From NCBI GenBank assembly GCA_965112155.1, contig OZ218113.1: a DNA stretch of 64,000 nt, one strand, 5' to 3'. The number at the start of each line of letters is the position of its first letter. The first letter of the stretch is position 1. The notes beneath the pieces were generated by a model that saw only the letters and a list, made by a program, of their open reading frames with translations, was not told the DNA's origin and searched no databases. Positions 39,865 to 51,866 of this stretch are shown here, one piece after another. The translations under genes and the position numbers were made by a program. This stretch comes from Podarcis liolepis (lineage: Eukaryota).

Positions 39865-41628
39865 CACTAAGGAATCAATGTGCGCTGTTACGTCCCAACA
39901 CTGTATCCAGGGGGATGCCCCCACAAAACCCACAATTCCTTCCCTTGCAGAGAAAACTTAAGACAGGGTGTCTGGAGTCGCCACTCATTCAGTCACCCTC
40001 CCCCTTTTCCTGATTGCTAACATTTAGGAGTCCTTCAGCAGTTTGGTGTAAAGACAGGGCGGACCTAAACAACAACACCGGCCAATCCAGCTGCAGGGTT
40101 TTCCAATCCAGTGGTTCACACCAGTTCCCCATACCAATCCAGTTGCAGAATTTTGGAGGTGCTGGAGCAGAGCCAAGGATTAGAAAGTATATTAGTATAT
40201 TAGTCATAGCAGTGTGAGTCTCCTTATTAAATTACTTTTTATAATAGAACCTTCCTTCCTTTCCCCCCCCTCCTTCCCTTCCTCCTTCCCTTCCTTTTCA
40301 CACCCCTATTCTCTGGCCACATGGTGAGGAGAGGTTAGGTCGGAGTCATTATCTTCTTCTTGTGATAACATTAAACACTATATGCAGGACTATATGTTCA
40401 ATTGTGTTCAATATGTTCAATTGTGAGATTTCCCCACCTGCATTCTAAAAGACTTATAGTCATATGATGGCTGTCCTGTGGGAAATTTCTGACAGTATAA
40501 TCCCATCCATCAAAGCACAGACAAAAAGAATCCAGAAAATTGACTCCAGAACAACAGGGCTTCTTGTCCTCTCTTACCATTTTTATATTTCCAAAAAAAT
40601 TAACCCCTTATTCCCCATCTTCAAAGAACTACTTTAAACATAATACCGCCAACCTTATTTCATTTTCTTTATAGAAAATTCTGCCAGGCTTGTTTTGCAC
40701 TGTTGTCGTCACTGTTTACTCTTTCCTTGCTTGTTTTTCAACCTCATTGCTTGCAAATGAGCAATGTTTAATTGATTTAATTACATTAAATCTATTGTAA
40801 CGGACAGATGCAAACACATACACCAATAGCAAAACAAATCTGCATATGTAAATAGCCAGTGGATGGAAGGTGGTGTTGGCCCTATTCTTTTTTTTTTAAT
40901 CACTTTTCTCTATATAGCCATACTAACGGTCCCCTTAATAAATCCTAATCTCCAGATGCTCTGCTAACACCATACTAGAAAAATAACTGAACAGAGAGGT
41001 GAGCCTCGTCTCCTTCACAGTCCCCCAAACCCAGGCTCAATCTCTCATCCAATCTCCCCTTTCATCATTCATTTCATCCTATTTCCCTTGCAGCTGTCAT
41101 GATACCTAAAATGGGCAAACATTGCCTTTTCAGGCATGTGAACATAACACCTATAAGACAAGAGAAGGAAAACAATGGAAACCATAATAAATAATTATAA
41201 TTATTATAAAGCACTCTCAAGATACAACTATATTTGTAGCTGCTATTTTTATATTCCCAGTGCTCACCCCATGCTACCACATGCAGCTAGCAACTCCCTC
41301 TGGGCAGGAATATTATCTTATGGAGACAATAAAGCTGTGTGCATGCTTATAGTGCAGCATCACAGCTTTTACTATTTTCGCCCTTTGATGCAGAGTTATC
41401 AAGTAAGGGTGACAGAAAGAAGGTGGAACTACTCAACACCAACTTTGCCTCTGTCTTCACCAAAAAGGAAAGCAGTGCCCAGCCTGGTGATAATAGAATA
41501 AATGATGCAAGGAGGGAGCTGCAGCCCATTACAGGAAAAGAAGTCGAAATAAATAAAAAAATTGTCCAGTAGCACCTTAGAGACCAACTAAGTTTGTTCT
41601 GGGTATAAGCTTTTGTGCGCATGCACAG

Positions 41629-41665
41629 ATCTGAAGAAGTGTGCATGCACACGAAAGCTTATACC
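41629..41665 (+). ncRNA. Minimal hammerhead ribozyme core (Penelope-type), helix I truncated
   Basis: CUGAAGA (41631-41637), an extra A, hairpin GUGUGCAUGCACAC, GAAA (41653-41656), palindromic AGCU, then the H position. Confidence 0.65.
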
Positions 41666-41697
41666 CAGAACAAACTTAGTTGGTCTCTAAGGTGCTA

Positions 41698-42051
41698 AAA
41701 AGTAAAGGTAAAGGGACCCCTGACCATTAGGTCTAGTCGTGGACAACTCTGGGGTTGCGGCGCTCATCTCACTTTACTGGCTGAGGGAGCCGGGGTACAG
41801 CTTCCGGGTCATGTGGCCAGCATGACTAAGCCGCTTCTGGCAAACCAGAGCAGCGCACAGAAACGCTGTTTACCTTCCCGCCGGAGCGGTACCTATTTAT
41901 CTACTTGCACTTTGTGCTTTCGAACTGCTAGGTTGGCAGGAGCAGGGACCGAGCAATGGGAGCTCACCCCGTTGCGGGAATTTGAACCGCCAACCTTCTG
42001 ACTGGCAAGCCCTAGGCTCTGTGGTTTAACCCACAGCACCACCCGCGTCCC
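41698..42051 (-). mobile_element. Full-length Sauria SINE
   Basis: Reverse complement of the 32072 family. 14-bp TSD tctctaaggtgcta at 41684-41697 and 42053-42066. Confidence 0.93.
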
Positions 42052-42449
42052 TTCTCTAAGGTGCTACTGGACAATTATTTAATTTTTTTATTTATTTTGA
42101 CTGCGTCAGACCAACACAGCTACCTACCTGAATCTAGGAAAAGAACACTTAGCTACCTTAAACAAATTCAGATCTCCAGGGCCTGATGAGCTGCACTCTG
42201 GGACACTGCAGATGTAATCTCAGAGCCTCTGTCTATAATATTTGAGAATTCTTGGAGAATGGCCAATTTTTGTCTCCATCTTCAAAAAGGGGGAAACAGA
42301 AGACCCAAGGAGAAGACCAAGCTAACTATCAACCCATCAGCTTGACATCAATACCAGAAAAGGTTCTAGAACAGATAATTCTGTTGGTCTGTGTACACTT
42401 AGAAAAGGATGCTTCATTACTAAAACACAGCATGGGTTTCTCAAAAACA

Positions 42450-42590
42450 NNNNNNNNNNNNNNNNNNNNNNNNNNNNNNNNNNNNNNNNNNNNNNNNNNN
42501 NNNNNNNNNNNNNNNNNNNNNNNNNNNNNNNNNNNNNNNNNNNNNNNNNNNNNNNNNNNNNNNNNNNNNNNNNNNNNNNNNNNNNNNNNN
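42450..42590. other. Assembly gap
   Basis: 141 N. Confidence 1.
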
Positions 42591-43324
42591 AACAGGCAAA
42601 GTGACAACAAAGGCATAAATGGTGACAGATTGCAGGATCAGGGAGGGCACTGGCTTGGCGAGAGCTGTACAGCACTGGAAAATACAACGGAAGCCAGTTA
42701 AAATATGCCCTCCGATAAGATTCACTCCCACTGTTACTGCATTGACATGACAGTACTATCAAGCAAAGCTTCAACACAACTGTAAATGCAATTCCAATAG
42801 CCCACCCTGGCTAAATTAATGATGTTTGTGTGCTAAACAATGCCACAGGTGGTGCCTGAGAGACCCAGTAATTACAGAGGTATCTTAGTAGCAGCAATTG
42901 CTTCAGAAAGTCTAAATTCTCCATTACTGGTCTTTCGCTCTTGGGGACAACATTTTGTGGATAGGTGGCAGGCATATAACTATAAATACATGACTAACTT
43001 CAATAGCAACACTGACGGAGGAAAAATGCCAATTGCCAACAGTGAAGTGTCTAGAAACATGTCTACAATATTTGCCCAGGAACCCTATTAAATGTAGTTT
43101 GCATGCTTTTGACCCTTTACTTCTCTCTTTTTATACTGACATCATTTCAGAGTCCAGCAAGCTCTTGTGAGTCAGCAGCTAATAATTTTCCAGTTTTCAG
43201 CCTTACTTGAATTGTGTCCAGAGTACACAGAGAAGTGTGGCTTTGTCAAATGCTGGGTCAGATTTGAATCAAAATAATTTTAGTCTGAAGCAACATGTAT
43301 TTGCTATTCCAGTGAATTGCTGTT

Positions 43325-43537
43325 GCTGTTGGCATCTATCCTGAGAGACAATGGAGTGTGCCTGTGGGGGTGAAGTCAAACCGCTGAGTTAGCAGCACTG
43401 AAGTTACCTCCCCAGGGCACAAGCTTGGGCAGTGTGTATGGAGATCCTGGGTTGTCCAGATGACCCAACACCCTTCTCAGCCAGAAGGAGGCGTACAAGG
43501 TGCCATCCAACCATCTTAGGGACTCCACTCCAGATTT
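43325..43537. mobile_element. Probable SINE or RTE-related retroposon fragment
   Basis: gagagacaatggagtgtgcctgtgggggtgaagtcaaaccgctg...gaaggaggcgtacaaggtgccatccaacc resembles a common lizard repeat. Recognition only; family not established. Confidence 0.45.
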
Positions 43538-46150
43538 GATGGCTCCTGGAAAAATTGGGTGATACCACTTGCAGCTGTGTCTTTGAAGGTAATTCAGGAA
43601 GAAAAAAGTAAATTGTTTTTAACAAGGGACACCTACAGAGGTTGGAGAATGACCTTGAAGATGAACTAGAAATCTTTCAAAGTTCTACCCCAGAACTAAT
43701 TTAATTCCCACTCAGTTCACCTAAAAATTATAGGAACTTCTTCCAGTTGCAACTCAGAGATCTATTAACTAATTTGGGGAACTTTGGTTAAATCAAACAA
43801 GCTCATTCCAAGCACTGGGGTTTACAGATAAACATGGATAAAAACTTCAACGGTGGAGTAGATTTCACAACCCCTGGTCATTCTTTTACATAAGCTTAAT
43901 TGTTGGTTGTTGGTTGGAAAAGCAAAATCTAACCATTCACATTTCACTGTGTATGTGCTGATGTTCCCTTAGTCTTCTTAAGTATATTTTATCCTTCAGC
44001 ACAGAAGCTTGTAACATTCTGAATGCTGACTTTTTTTGCCAATGATAATTTGGATGAACACGAACTGTGAACTCAACATGAACGGAATTAGTTTGTTTTT
44101 AAATGCAATGAATGTGAGCTGGAATCAGTTTCTTTTAAAAATAAACTTCCCAAGCTCTGATAAAACCTTAAAACAGGATGGGGAGTGGGGGAGTATTGCC
44201 AGTTGTATCCTGACCTGATGGTGCAAGAAGAATATAGCCTTCTCATTCTACCTGCAGTCAGGGGATGGGAGGCTTGCTGACAAGCTGAATGTATGCTGTG
44301 ACCCTATTAACACACGTCAAGCATCTCAATTCCAAGGCTGCTCTGTGAGCATCATACAAAACAGCTATCACATAAAATATATTAATGTCTAAAATGTCCA
44401 TTAGACAAAGTTAATGGGCCAGAGATTCCTCATCATCACCAGTTTATTCTGAAACTGTGATCCCACACCAAAGCTTTACAGCATAAAGATAAAATTCAAT
44501 AATGGTAAGGGTAAAAGGAATGTAAATATGAGTTTTACATGCACTGCTTTTTGCACTCCCAATATTAACCATTATGATTTGTTGAAATACATATCTTGTT
44601 GAGTGAATACAACATTGTCATTTTAAAGGTGCCCCTAAAAGAATCAAATGAAACATGTGAAGCAGTTGCACAAACCTACTCTCATTATAAATAACCATCT
44701 CTATTGCATATTTTACATGCAAGCTGTTTTACAATGCATTCCTCAACCACCCTCACCACTGACATTACAGCTCTGATTTTAATGTCATAAAACAGGTGCT
44801 GAAACATTGTGGTCTGTCATGAGGTCATCCAGGGAGGCTGTGGCTAAATTCAGAATTGGATTGAGAGCTTTCAAGCCTATGACTCAGGACTGAATCAATA
44901 TTTGGCGGGGCCTTCTGCAAACTGCACCCTGGTGAGTCTCTTCCTACATCAGTGGGGACCCTGAGGCCATGGGGCTGACTTGGTGATGGCACTCTGAAAG
45001 AGACGCCCTTTAAATTTCCCAGAGTGCCCGATGCTCCGGGGCACTGTGAGAAAACTGAAAAGGCAGTTTCCCCGGATTTAAGATACCTGCTGCTCAGATT
45101 GGAGCAAAGATAAATTAGGGTCCCAGAGAAAGTGTCAGCAAGGGCCCTGTTTAAGTATGCTGCATGTTGACATCAGACCTGCCAGTACTGGGTCTCAATA
45201 ATACATACTGGAGGAGTATTTGTACTCTTATGTCTAACTTTGTTTTCCCTCTACGTACACTGAATCAAAGAGACACAATTTACAGAGACTCTATCACAAT
45301 CACAATATCTCTGCGGTTAACAATTGCAAAGACAAGGGTACAAAACGGCGAATAATGGCTCTATATAGTAAAGGAAAGCTGGTTTCCCAAGCTAACGACC
45401 TCCATCGCTCAACGCTCCCCCTGGAATCCTAGTCATCATCAACTGAAAGTCAAAATTGATCGCTGGTCTTTTAAAAATAATGCCAGCTATACCTTGATGG
45501 ATCTGGCACCCCGTAGTCAACCCATCTGTTCTACGGTGCTGGGGCAGAGTGCGGAAAATAGGATTCTCCTTTTCACACTGGCCTTGTACGCTCATCATTT
45601 CTCTTCTCCAAAGTCACTAGCTTGCTAGGTTACTATCATTGCTCCTCTGCCTCCCTCACTGATTGCTTCTTAAGCACTCCAGCAGCTACAACAAGCTCAT
45701 CTCAGCATCTTCAGAGCAGCTGAAGTAGGAACAGGAACGATTTTCTACCCAGTGAGCCAAAGCCAGATTTCTACTCAAGTCAAAGCTATTTTCCACGCAT
45801 CTTAAAACACAGATTTGGGCGAACACGGATGTAGGAGTAAGAAGGAGGAAAACTCAAGCTCACAAATATTATTTTCAAAGAGGTGCCTGACTTGCACTCG
45901 TCTTCTGCAATGACCACGCACTACATCCAATTTGTGCCTCTGATTAATTCCCCCCCCCATGCAAAATTCTGTAACACAGCTACCCACAAGCTGATGCCCT
46001 CCAAATATTTTGGACTACAATTCCCAGCAGCCCCAGCCAGCATGGCCATTGGCATGAAAACTACTGCAATGCAATATGAGAAACATGTGAGACTGATGTG
46101 CTCTTTAACATTTGTTTGTTTGTTTGTTTTGATACAATAACCCCATCCCT

Positions 46151-46340
46151 GGACCATTTTCTCAGTGGTAGAACACATGCTTTGCATGCAGAATGTCCCA
46201 GGTTCATTTTCTGGCACATCCAGTTAAAAGCATCAGGTAGCAGGTGACATCAAAGCCACCCTGCTGCTTGTCAGAGTAAATAATAGTAGGTAGGATAGGT
46301 AAATAGACTGACCTGGTATAAGGCCATTTTCTATGTTTTC
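46151..46340 (+). mobile_element. tRNA-derived squamate SINE (Squam3-like), degraded
   Basis: ctcagtggtagaacacatgctttgcatgcagaatgtcccaggttca head and tataaggccattttctatgtt tail. Confidence 0.7.
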
Positions 46341-46504
46341 TGCCCTGAGCACACAAGGTTGGCCTCCCGTTTTACTGCAATCTCTAGTGCAGAGGGATGG
46401 GTGGACTTCAGTCTTGAGAGGCCCACATTTTTGCTTACTCGGATTCCTTATGAGCCACTGAATGCTTAGATCATGATTTACCTTTCTGTCCACCACTGCC
46501 ATGG

Positions 46505-46647
46505 AGAAACCTTCCCTCAACATGGTGCCCTTGAGATGTTTCTACACTACAACTCCCATCATCCCTGACCATTGGCTTTGTTGGCTGAAGCTGATGGGAG
46601 CTGTAATCCAAAACATTTCAAGGAAACCAGGTTGGGTAAAGCTATCC
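46505..46647. mobile_element. MER5-like hAT MITE
   Basis: actacaactcccatcatccctgacc / tgatgggagctgtaatcc arms. Further copies at about 45991-46050, 48411-48547, 49595-49730 and 63755-63860. Confidence 0.65.
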
Positions 46648-49600
46648 TAGAAGCATGTCCTTTTTAATTATTCCCAGTTAACAATAGTAGAAGCCTGCAT
46701 CCGACCTTAAGATTCTCCACTGTCCTATTTTATTTCAACTTCAAGCTTGAATTTTGACTGAATCTGTCAGGACCACGTCCAACACCAAGAACACACAGCG
46801 GCTGAAAGAGAGGAAAACAGGCGCTTCGCCCCCTCTCTCACCAAAGAAAACCAGCGCTCACTTCACTGTTCAATGCACATACTATGCTAAGTGTGTGAAA
46901 TGGCTTGGTTTTTACCGAGCAGGCATCCTTTAGTTGGTTTACATTCCCTTTTATCTCTATAAATATTTATATATATTATTCCATATGCAACAGCCACCAC
47001 ACATTAAGAGGGTTGCAATTCCCCCTCCCCCTTTTTTGCACAGTCAATCCAACAGAAGGCCAGATGGTTTTGTTTCAGAAAGTAAGAATGTTTTGAAGTT
47101 ATTTATTTGTTCCTTACGCTGATGTTTATTCCCTCGAGGGAACCTAGCGTCTCCTTTGATAGCACAGTGTCACTTTAATAAACTCAAACTGAAGCAAAGT
47201 AGCACAGACAACTGGTATAGCAGAGTGTCTGGAACGTTGCATGAGGTGCGATTCAAACCCCTACTCAGTTGTGAAACTCACTGAGCAGCCCTGCCACTGC
47301 TCCCCCCCCCCCAAGAATCCCAGGAACTTTTGTTTGTTAAGAGCACTGGGAACTGTAGTTCTGTGATTGAGTAAACCACATTTCCCAGGATTCTTTGGAG
47401 CATGCCATGTGCTTTAAATGAGCTTTAGAGGGTCAATGACTGTTGTACTAAAAAAACAACCACCCCACCCCAAATCCTTTGTATAGTTTATTTGAGAGTA
47501 ACCCCATCAGACCTACAAAGTCTAACTTCTGCATGACCCACAACTGATTGTGAAATTTACCCTAAACCACGGCTGAAAGTGAAGCAGGACAGAATTTATT
47601 TCAGGTTGGTTAATCCAGAAGACTTTTTGGCCTTTGGCTCTGCCCGCTGTCAGCTCTGACCTCGCTCACTCTCAGCACACTGGGGCCCTGAGGAGCTCTG
47701 TCCATTTATCCGTCAACAGAAAAAATGCATTGCCACCATCCTGACCTCAAGTGAATGAAAGCTGAGTTAAAATAATAATAAAAGATAAGGCTCCTTGCTT
47801 TCACTTCCCACAAAGATGATTGATGATTGTGTGATTAACACATATATTACACATATGTGCAGCTTTCTCTCCTGTATATATTTACTTGCATATATATGCA
47901 TGTATAAAGTAAAATCTATGAGGTATTGGAGTATGGAGGGTGGGGAGAGACATTCCTCAGAGAAGCAGGGGGCAACAGACTGTTCTCAATAGTTCATCCA
48001 CCAAAGCTTGCTTTCCAAAAAATGAAAGGATTTTAAGACTCTGCTACGACCCTTACAGTTAGAGGTTACATCTCTGATCAACAAGCCTGTTTGGCAAAAA
48101 GGAGAGAAAAGCAGAATCCCACTACAGACTAGAAAGGCCACAAAGACTACACTCCTACCAGCTATGGTGTTATATTGATTTGATGTTTGCTACTCAATCT
48201 GAATGAATGTCACTAAGGCAATGGAACACAAAAGGAAATCTTGCGGTATCAGTTTTATACAATCCTAGTTACGCAGGCAATTAAACCAGATATTTAGCTC
48301 AATTAAGTGCTTCCTTTGTGTTAAAAAAAGAGGAGGGGGAATATATCTGGCCTAATCAATCAGTGCTGGAAGGAAAGGAAAGAACTGCTTTATAGTTTTA
48401 TTCTCTAAAGCAGGGGTAGTCAATGTCTTGCTTTCAAGATATTGTTGGAATGTAACTCCCATCAGCCCCTGCCAGCATGTCCAGTGGTGATGGAGGATGG
48501 GAATTGTAGTCCAACAACATGTGGAGAACACCATGTTATAACTGGCCAAAATGCTTCTTTTTTGGGAGCCATGCCCAGCAGATGATGTCTGAGGAGAGAG
48601 TCCGACTTAATTTCCCCTTGGTGGCCTGTCTAAAGAGGCATGATGGTATCATGCTCTATGACTAGTTGATCATTTAAGCAGTAAAATGCAACAGTGGTTC
48701 ATGCACATTGTTCTCTACTTCATGTGACCTTGCCTTGTCAGTTGAGATTGGAAGATAGAACGGAGCAAGCTGATCCTCAGAAATGTGTGGAACTGGAAAA
48801 CAACAGGAAGAACCAGGGATATGGACTTGAAAAGTAGCAGTTCACTAAAACATACCACTGGACTTTCCAGCACACTATCTTTTGTACTCTGGCTGGCAGC
48901 AGCTCCCCAGGGTCTCCAGCAAAGAAGGGTCTTCCTTATTACATGCTAACTGATCCTTTAGTTTGATTTGATGCTGGGGACCAAATCTAAGACCTTCTGC
49001 AGGCAAAGCATATCCTTGTCTACTGAGCTGGAAGGATGACTCATGACAATTTCCCTAGTGGTTCACTAATAAGAGCTTAACTGTGCACGTGCACATGTGT
49101 GTGTGTAATCAGAAAACACTTTTGTACCCACAGATAAACTCTACACTGCAGGAGTGGATAAAGTGATGGCTGGTGCCCATTAAGATTGGCAGGACAGGAA
49201 GGCAGAAAGGTTAAGCAGTAGATGGAGCCAGAGCCAACAGCAGAACAAATTCTAGTTTTGTCCCCATCCTCCTCCCAGTTGAGTTCTACAAGGGCAACAG
49301 TGAGACTAAGGAGAAGGAAGCTGATAAGACACAACTCCCCCCCTGGACTGCTTGTAAGGAAGAAGGCAAGCAAGAGAGGGCTGGTTGAAGTTTCTGGGGC
49401 AGTGCCCCATTTGCCCTGCTGGACCAAATCTCACTGCCAGTGGCTCTCCAGATAATCTAAATCCCATCAGCTGCCAACCAGCATGGCCAATGGTCAGAGA
49501 AGACAGGAGGAGTAATCCAATGGCATCCTAAAAACCACAGGCTAGCCAACCCTGCTATACTAAGTTAATCCTAGTTCTGGAGACTACCTTCTAAAGTGGG

Positions 49601-50361
49601 GACAAGGAACTTGAGGTCTTCCAGTTGCTGTTGGACTACAACTCCCATCAGCCCTGTCCATTACTCATGTTGGTTGGGGCTGATGGGAGTTGGCATCCAA
49701 CAGCACAAGAAGGACCATGGGTCCCCCATCACTAACATATTCAGAACCACAGACTGGACCTACACACTGGCTACTCCCTTGGTGGCTCAGTGAATGTTCA
49801 GAAGGAGCACGACACAATCCAACCAGTTAAGCCCTGTAAACTGCCTGCATAGAAGATTACCGCAGAACCCATGTTAACTATTCTGAGCTCTTCAAATGAA
49901 GATCAAAGCATGTGTGTAATAAATAAAGTGGATAAGAAGGTCAAGGTCCCAAATGCAATGCCTCCAGCAGAGATAACCCCTACCCACAACCCCACTCTCA
50001 GCGAGGTTATGTAGCGAAGGCCAACAAAATGAAAACAGACATTGCTGATTACGCAGCTGCACTGCGGCCTTCTTAAAAAGTACTGTGACTCAGGTCAGCA
50101 TTTCTATTAACTTTCTGCAACCTCTTCCCACTGCTTCTGTGACCTCACAGTCCTTAATCTCACAGATGGTCATCTCACAGAAGCAGGCAGCCGTGCTGCC
50201 TCATTGTACTGTCCACATCAGGTACAGGTAGTGAATAAGGAAAGGTGGGGTAAATACAGTCGTTTGTGAAATTCCAGAACCAGCTTATCAAAAATCCAAC
50301 ATATAAAGTCCAAGTACATTATGGGAAATTAGAAATTAGACAAGCACCTTCACTCCCTTAA

Positions 50362-50401
<40 letters not shown>
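50362..50401 (+). repeat. (AAT)n microsatellite
   Basis: Directly visible. Confidence 0.95.
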
Positions 50402-50619
50402 GTTTTATGTATGTATGCATGCATGCATGCATGTATTTTCCTGTTGCTCTTCTGAAAGTGGCCTACAATTCATAAGGCACTCACAACAATCAGCATATAG
50501 GAGGCAGAAAGCACAGCAACTGTCTGCAGTGCCATGTGTTCCACTTTCCACCAATAAGACCTATTTGCTGTGCAATGTGAAAGACCAGAAAACCCCAAGT
50601 GCAATGTGCCTCTGTAGAT

Positions 50620-50860
50620 CAAGGGTTGGTAAGGTTTACCTCGCCTGGGCTGGTTCACTCCAGCGGAGATACCTCCGTGGGCCGGATTGATTGAGCACGT
50701 ATGCCCGTGATTTCCCGCATCTGCTATTTCTGGTGCCGCGGAAGTGAGTCTACACGCCGTGCTGTGCCAGTTTAGTGAAGTGCGTGGGGACTCCCTGAGA
50801 AGGCAGCTCGGTTCGGGGGTGGCCGCTTGTGGCCCATGGGCCTTAGGTTGCCAACCCCTG
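50620..50860. mobile_element. hAT (Buster/Charlie-type) MITE with CpG-rich interior
   Basis: caagggttggtaa ... ttgccaacccctg. TSD ctgtagat / ctgtagac (7/8). Confidence 0.8.
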
Positions 50861-51487
50861 CTGTAGACAAAGCAAAACGGCAAAGCGAAAAGCAACTATG
50901 CTCCAATGTCTTGCCGCCAGGTGCTTCTAAGTACACCAAGCACCAACCAAGGAAAGCCGGTAAAGCACAAGTCCAATCTGCTCAAGTGCATTGCCATGCT
51001 TTCCGATAGGCACAGCCTCTCCATGATAACATGGCGCTCCTGGAAATGCTGCTGCGAAGAAGAGGGCAGCAGGGAAAATAAATGAAGCAGGGGTTGGAGG
51101 ATCATTACTCGCAGACCCCATGGGATTTCTCCACGAGAACAGGCTGGGTTGGGGACAAGGTCTAAAAGCATGCAGGGAGCCTCCACAATTATGGAGTCTC
51201 TGCTTTCCACTTCTGATAGCCAGCCTGTTCCCACCCCACTCCAATTTGTCTAATTAACCTATAGTATGGGTTGTACGATCACGGCTAGGTTGCCACTGTA
51301 TTTTAAAACAGCCTTGTGTATCTTTCCATTCCATGCAGCTCTGAATAACAAGTGCACAGGCAGAAAGATGTATCAAAAAGAAACATGCTGCATGAAAGTT
51401 TTTCTCCTTCTCCCCAAAGCCACTTCTGTGGTCTGGATGACATCCATATTATAGATCAAAGAATGCCAAGAACTTATAGTTTATACC

Positions 51488-51866
51488 CAGGGCCGTCTCA
51501 AGCATATCCGGCGTCATGGTGCAAAGCTCCCTCCGGTGCCCCCCCTCCAATTTCCCAGGTTTTTTTTAGGGAGGATGGTGCTGCTGGCAGGGCTGGAGTA
51601 AGCGGGCAGTGGCTGGAGGGCGGCTCGTCTGGTGGGGAACAGGCTGGACGCGGCGCCTCCCAGCTCAGCTGGCCGCTTCGTGCTATGGTGGCTACGGCAG
51701 ATGGAGGCTCCGGGCGCGGCGCTGCTTCAGCATGGCATGGGTAGGCGAGGGTGGTGAGCTGATGCCGGGAGGCGCCGTGTCCAGCCTCTGCCTCTTCCCT
51801 GGCGCCCTCCAGAACTTGACGCCCTGGCGCCCCACGCCACTAGCCTCTATGGGTAAGATGCCCCTG
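51488..51866. mobile_element. hAT MITE (CAGGGCCG terminus) with GC-rich interior
   Basis: cagggccgtct ... agatgcccctg. TSD tttatacc / tttacacc (7/8). ggcgcc/ggtgcc subterminal repeats. Confidence 0.8.

Larger units (their letters stand above)
41543..42135 (+). mobile_element. Penelope-like element terminal (pseudo-LTR) remnant with an inverted 5' copy
   Basis: Left arm ttgtccagtagcaccttagagaccaactaagtttgttctgggtataagcttt is the inverse of the right arm aaagcttatacccagaacaaacttagttggtctctaaggtgcta|ctggacaa. Flanked by the direct repeat aggaaaagaa at 41533-41542 and 42136-42145. Confidence 0.75.
41390..42449 (+). mobile_element. CR1 LINE ORF2 fragment, interrupted at 41543-42135 and running into a gap
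   Basis: KVELLNTNFASVFTKK, later LNKFRSPGPDELH, I.EPLSIIFENSWR, NYQPISLTSIPEKVLEQII and QHGF: CR1 pre-RT and RT motifs. Confidence 0.9.

Noticed and set aside
39886-40370. Solo LTR (TGTTA...TAACA ends)
   Set aside because: Flanks gcgc / ttaa give no TSD, and there is no PBS, PPT or second LTR. Similar unproven LTR-like stretches lie near 23440-23580, 32740-33110 and 35377-35645.
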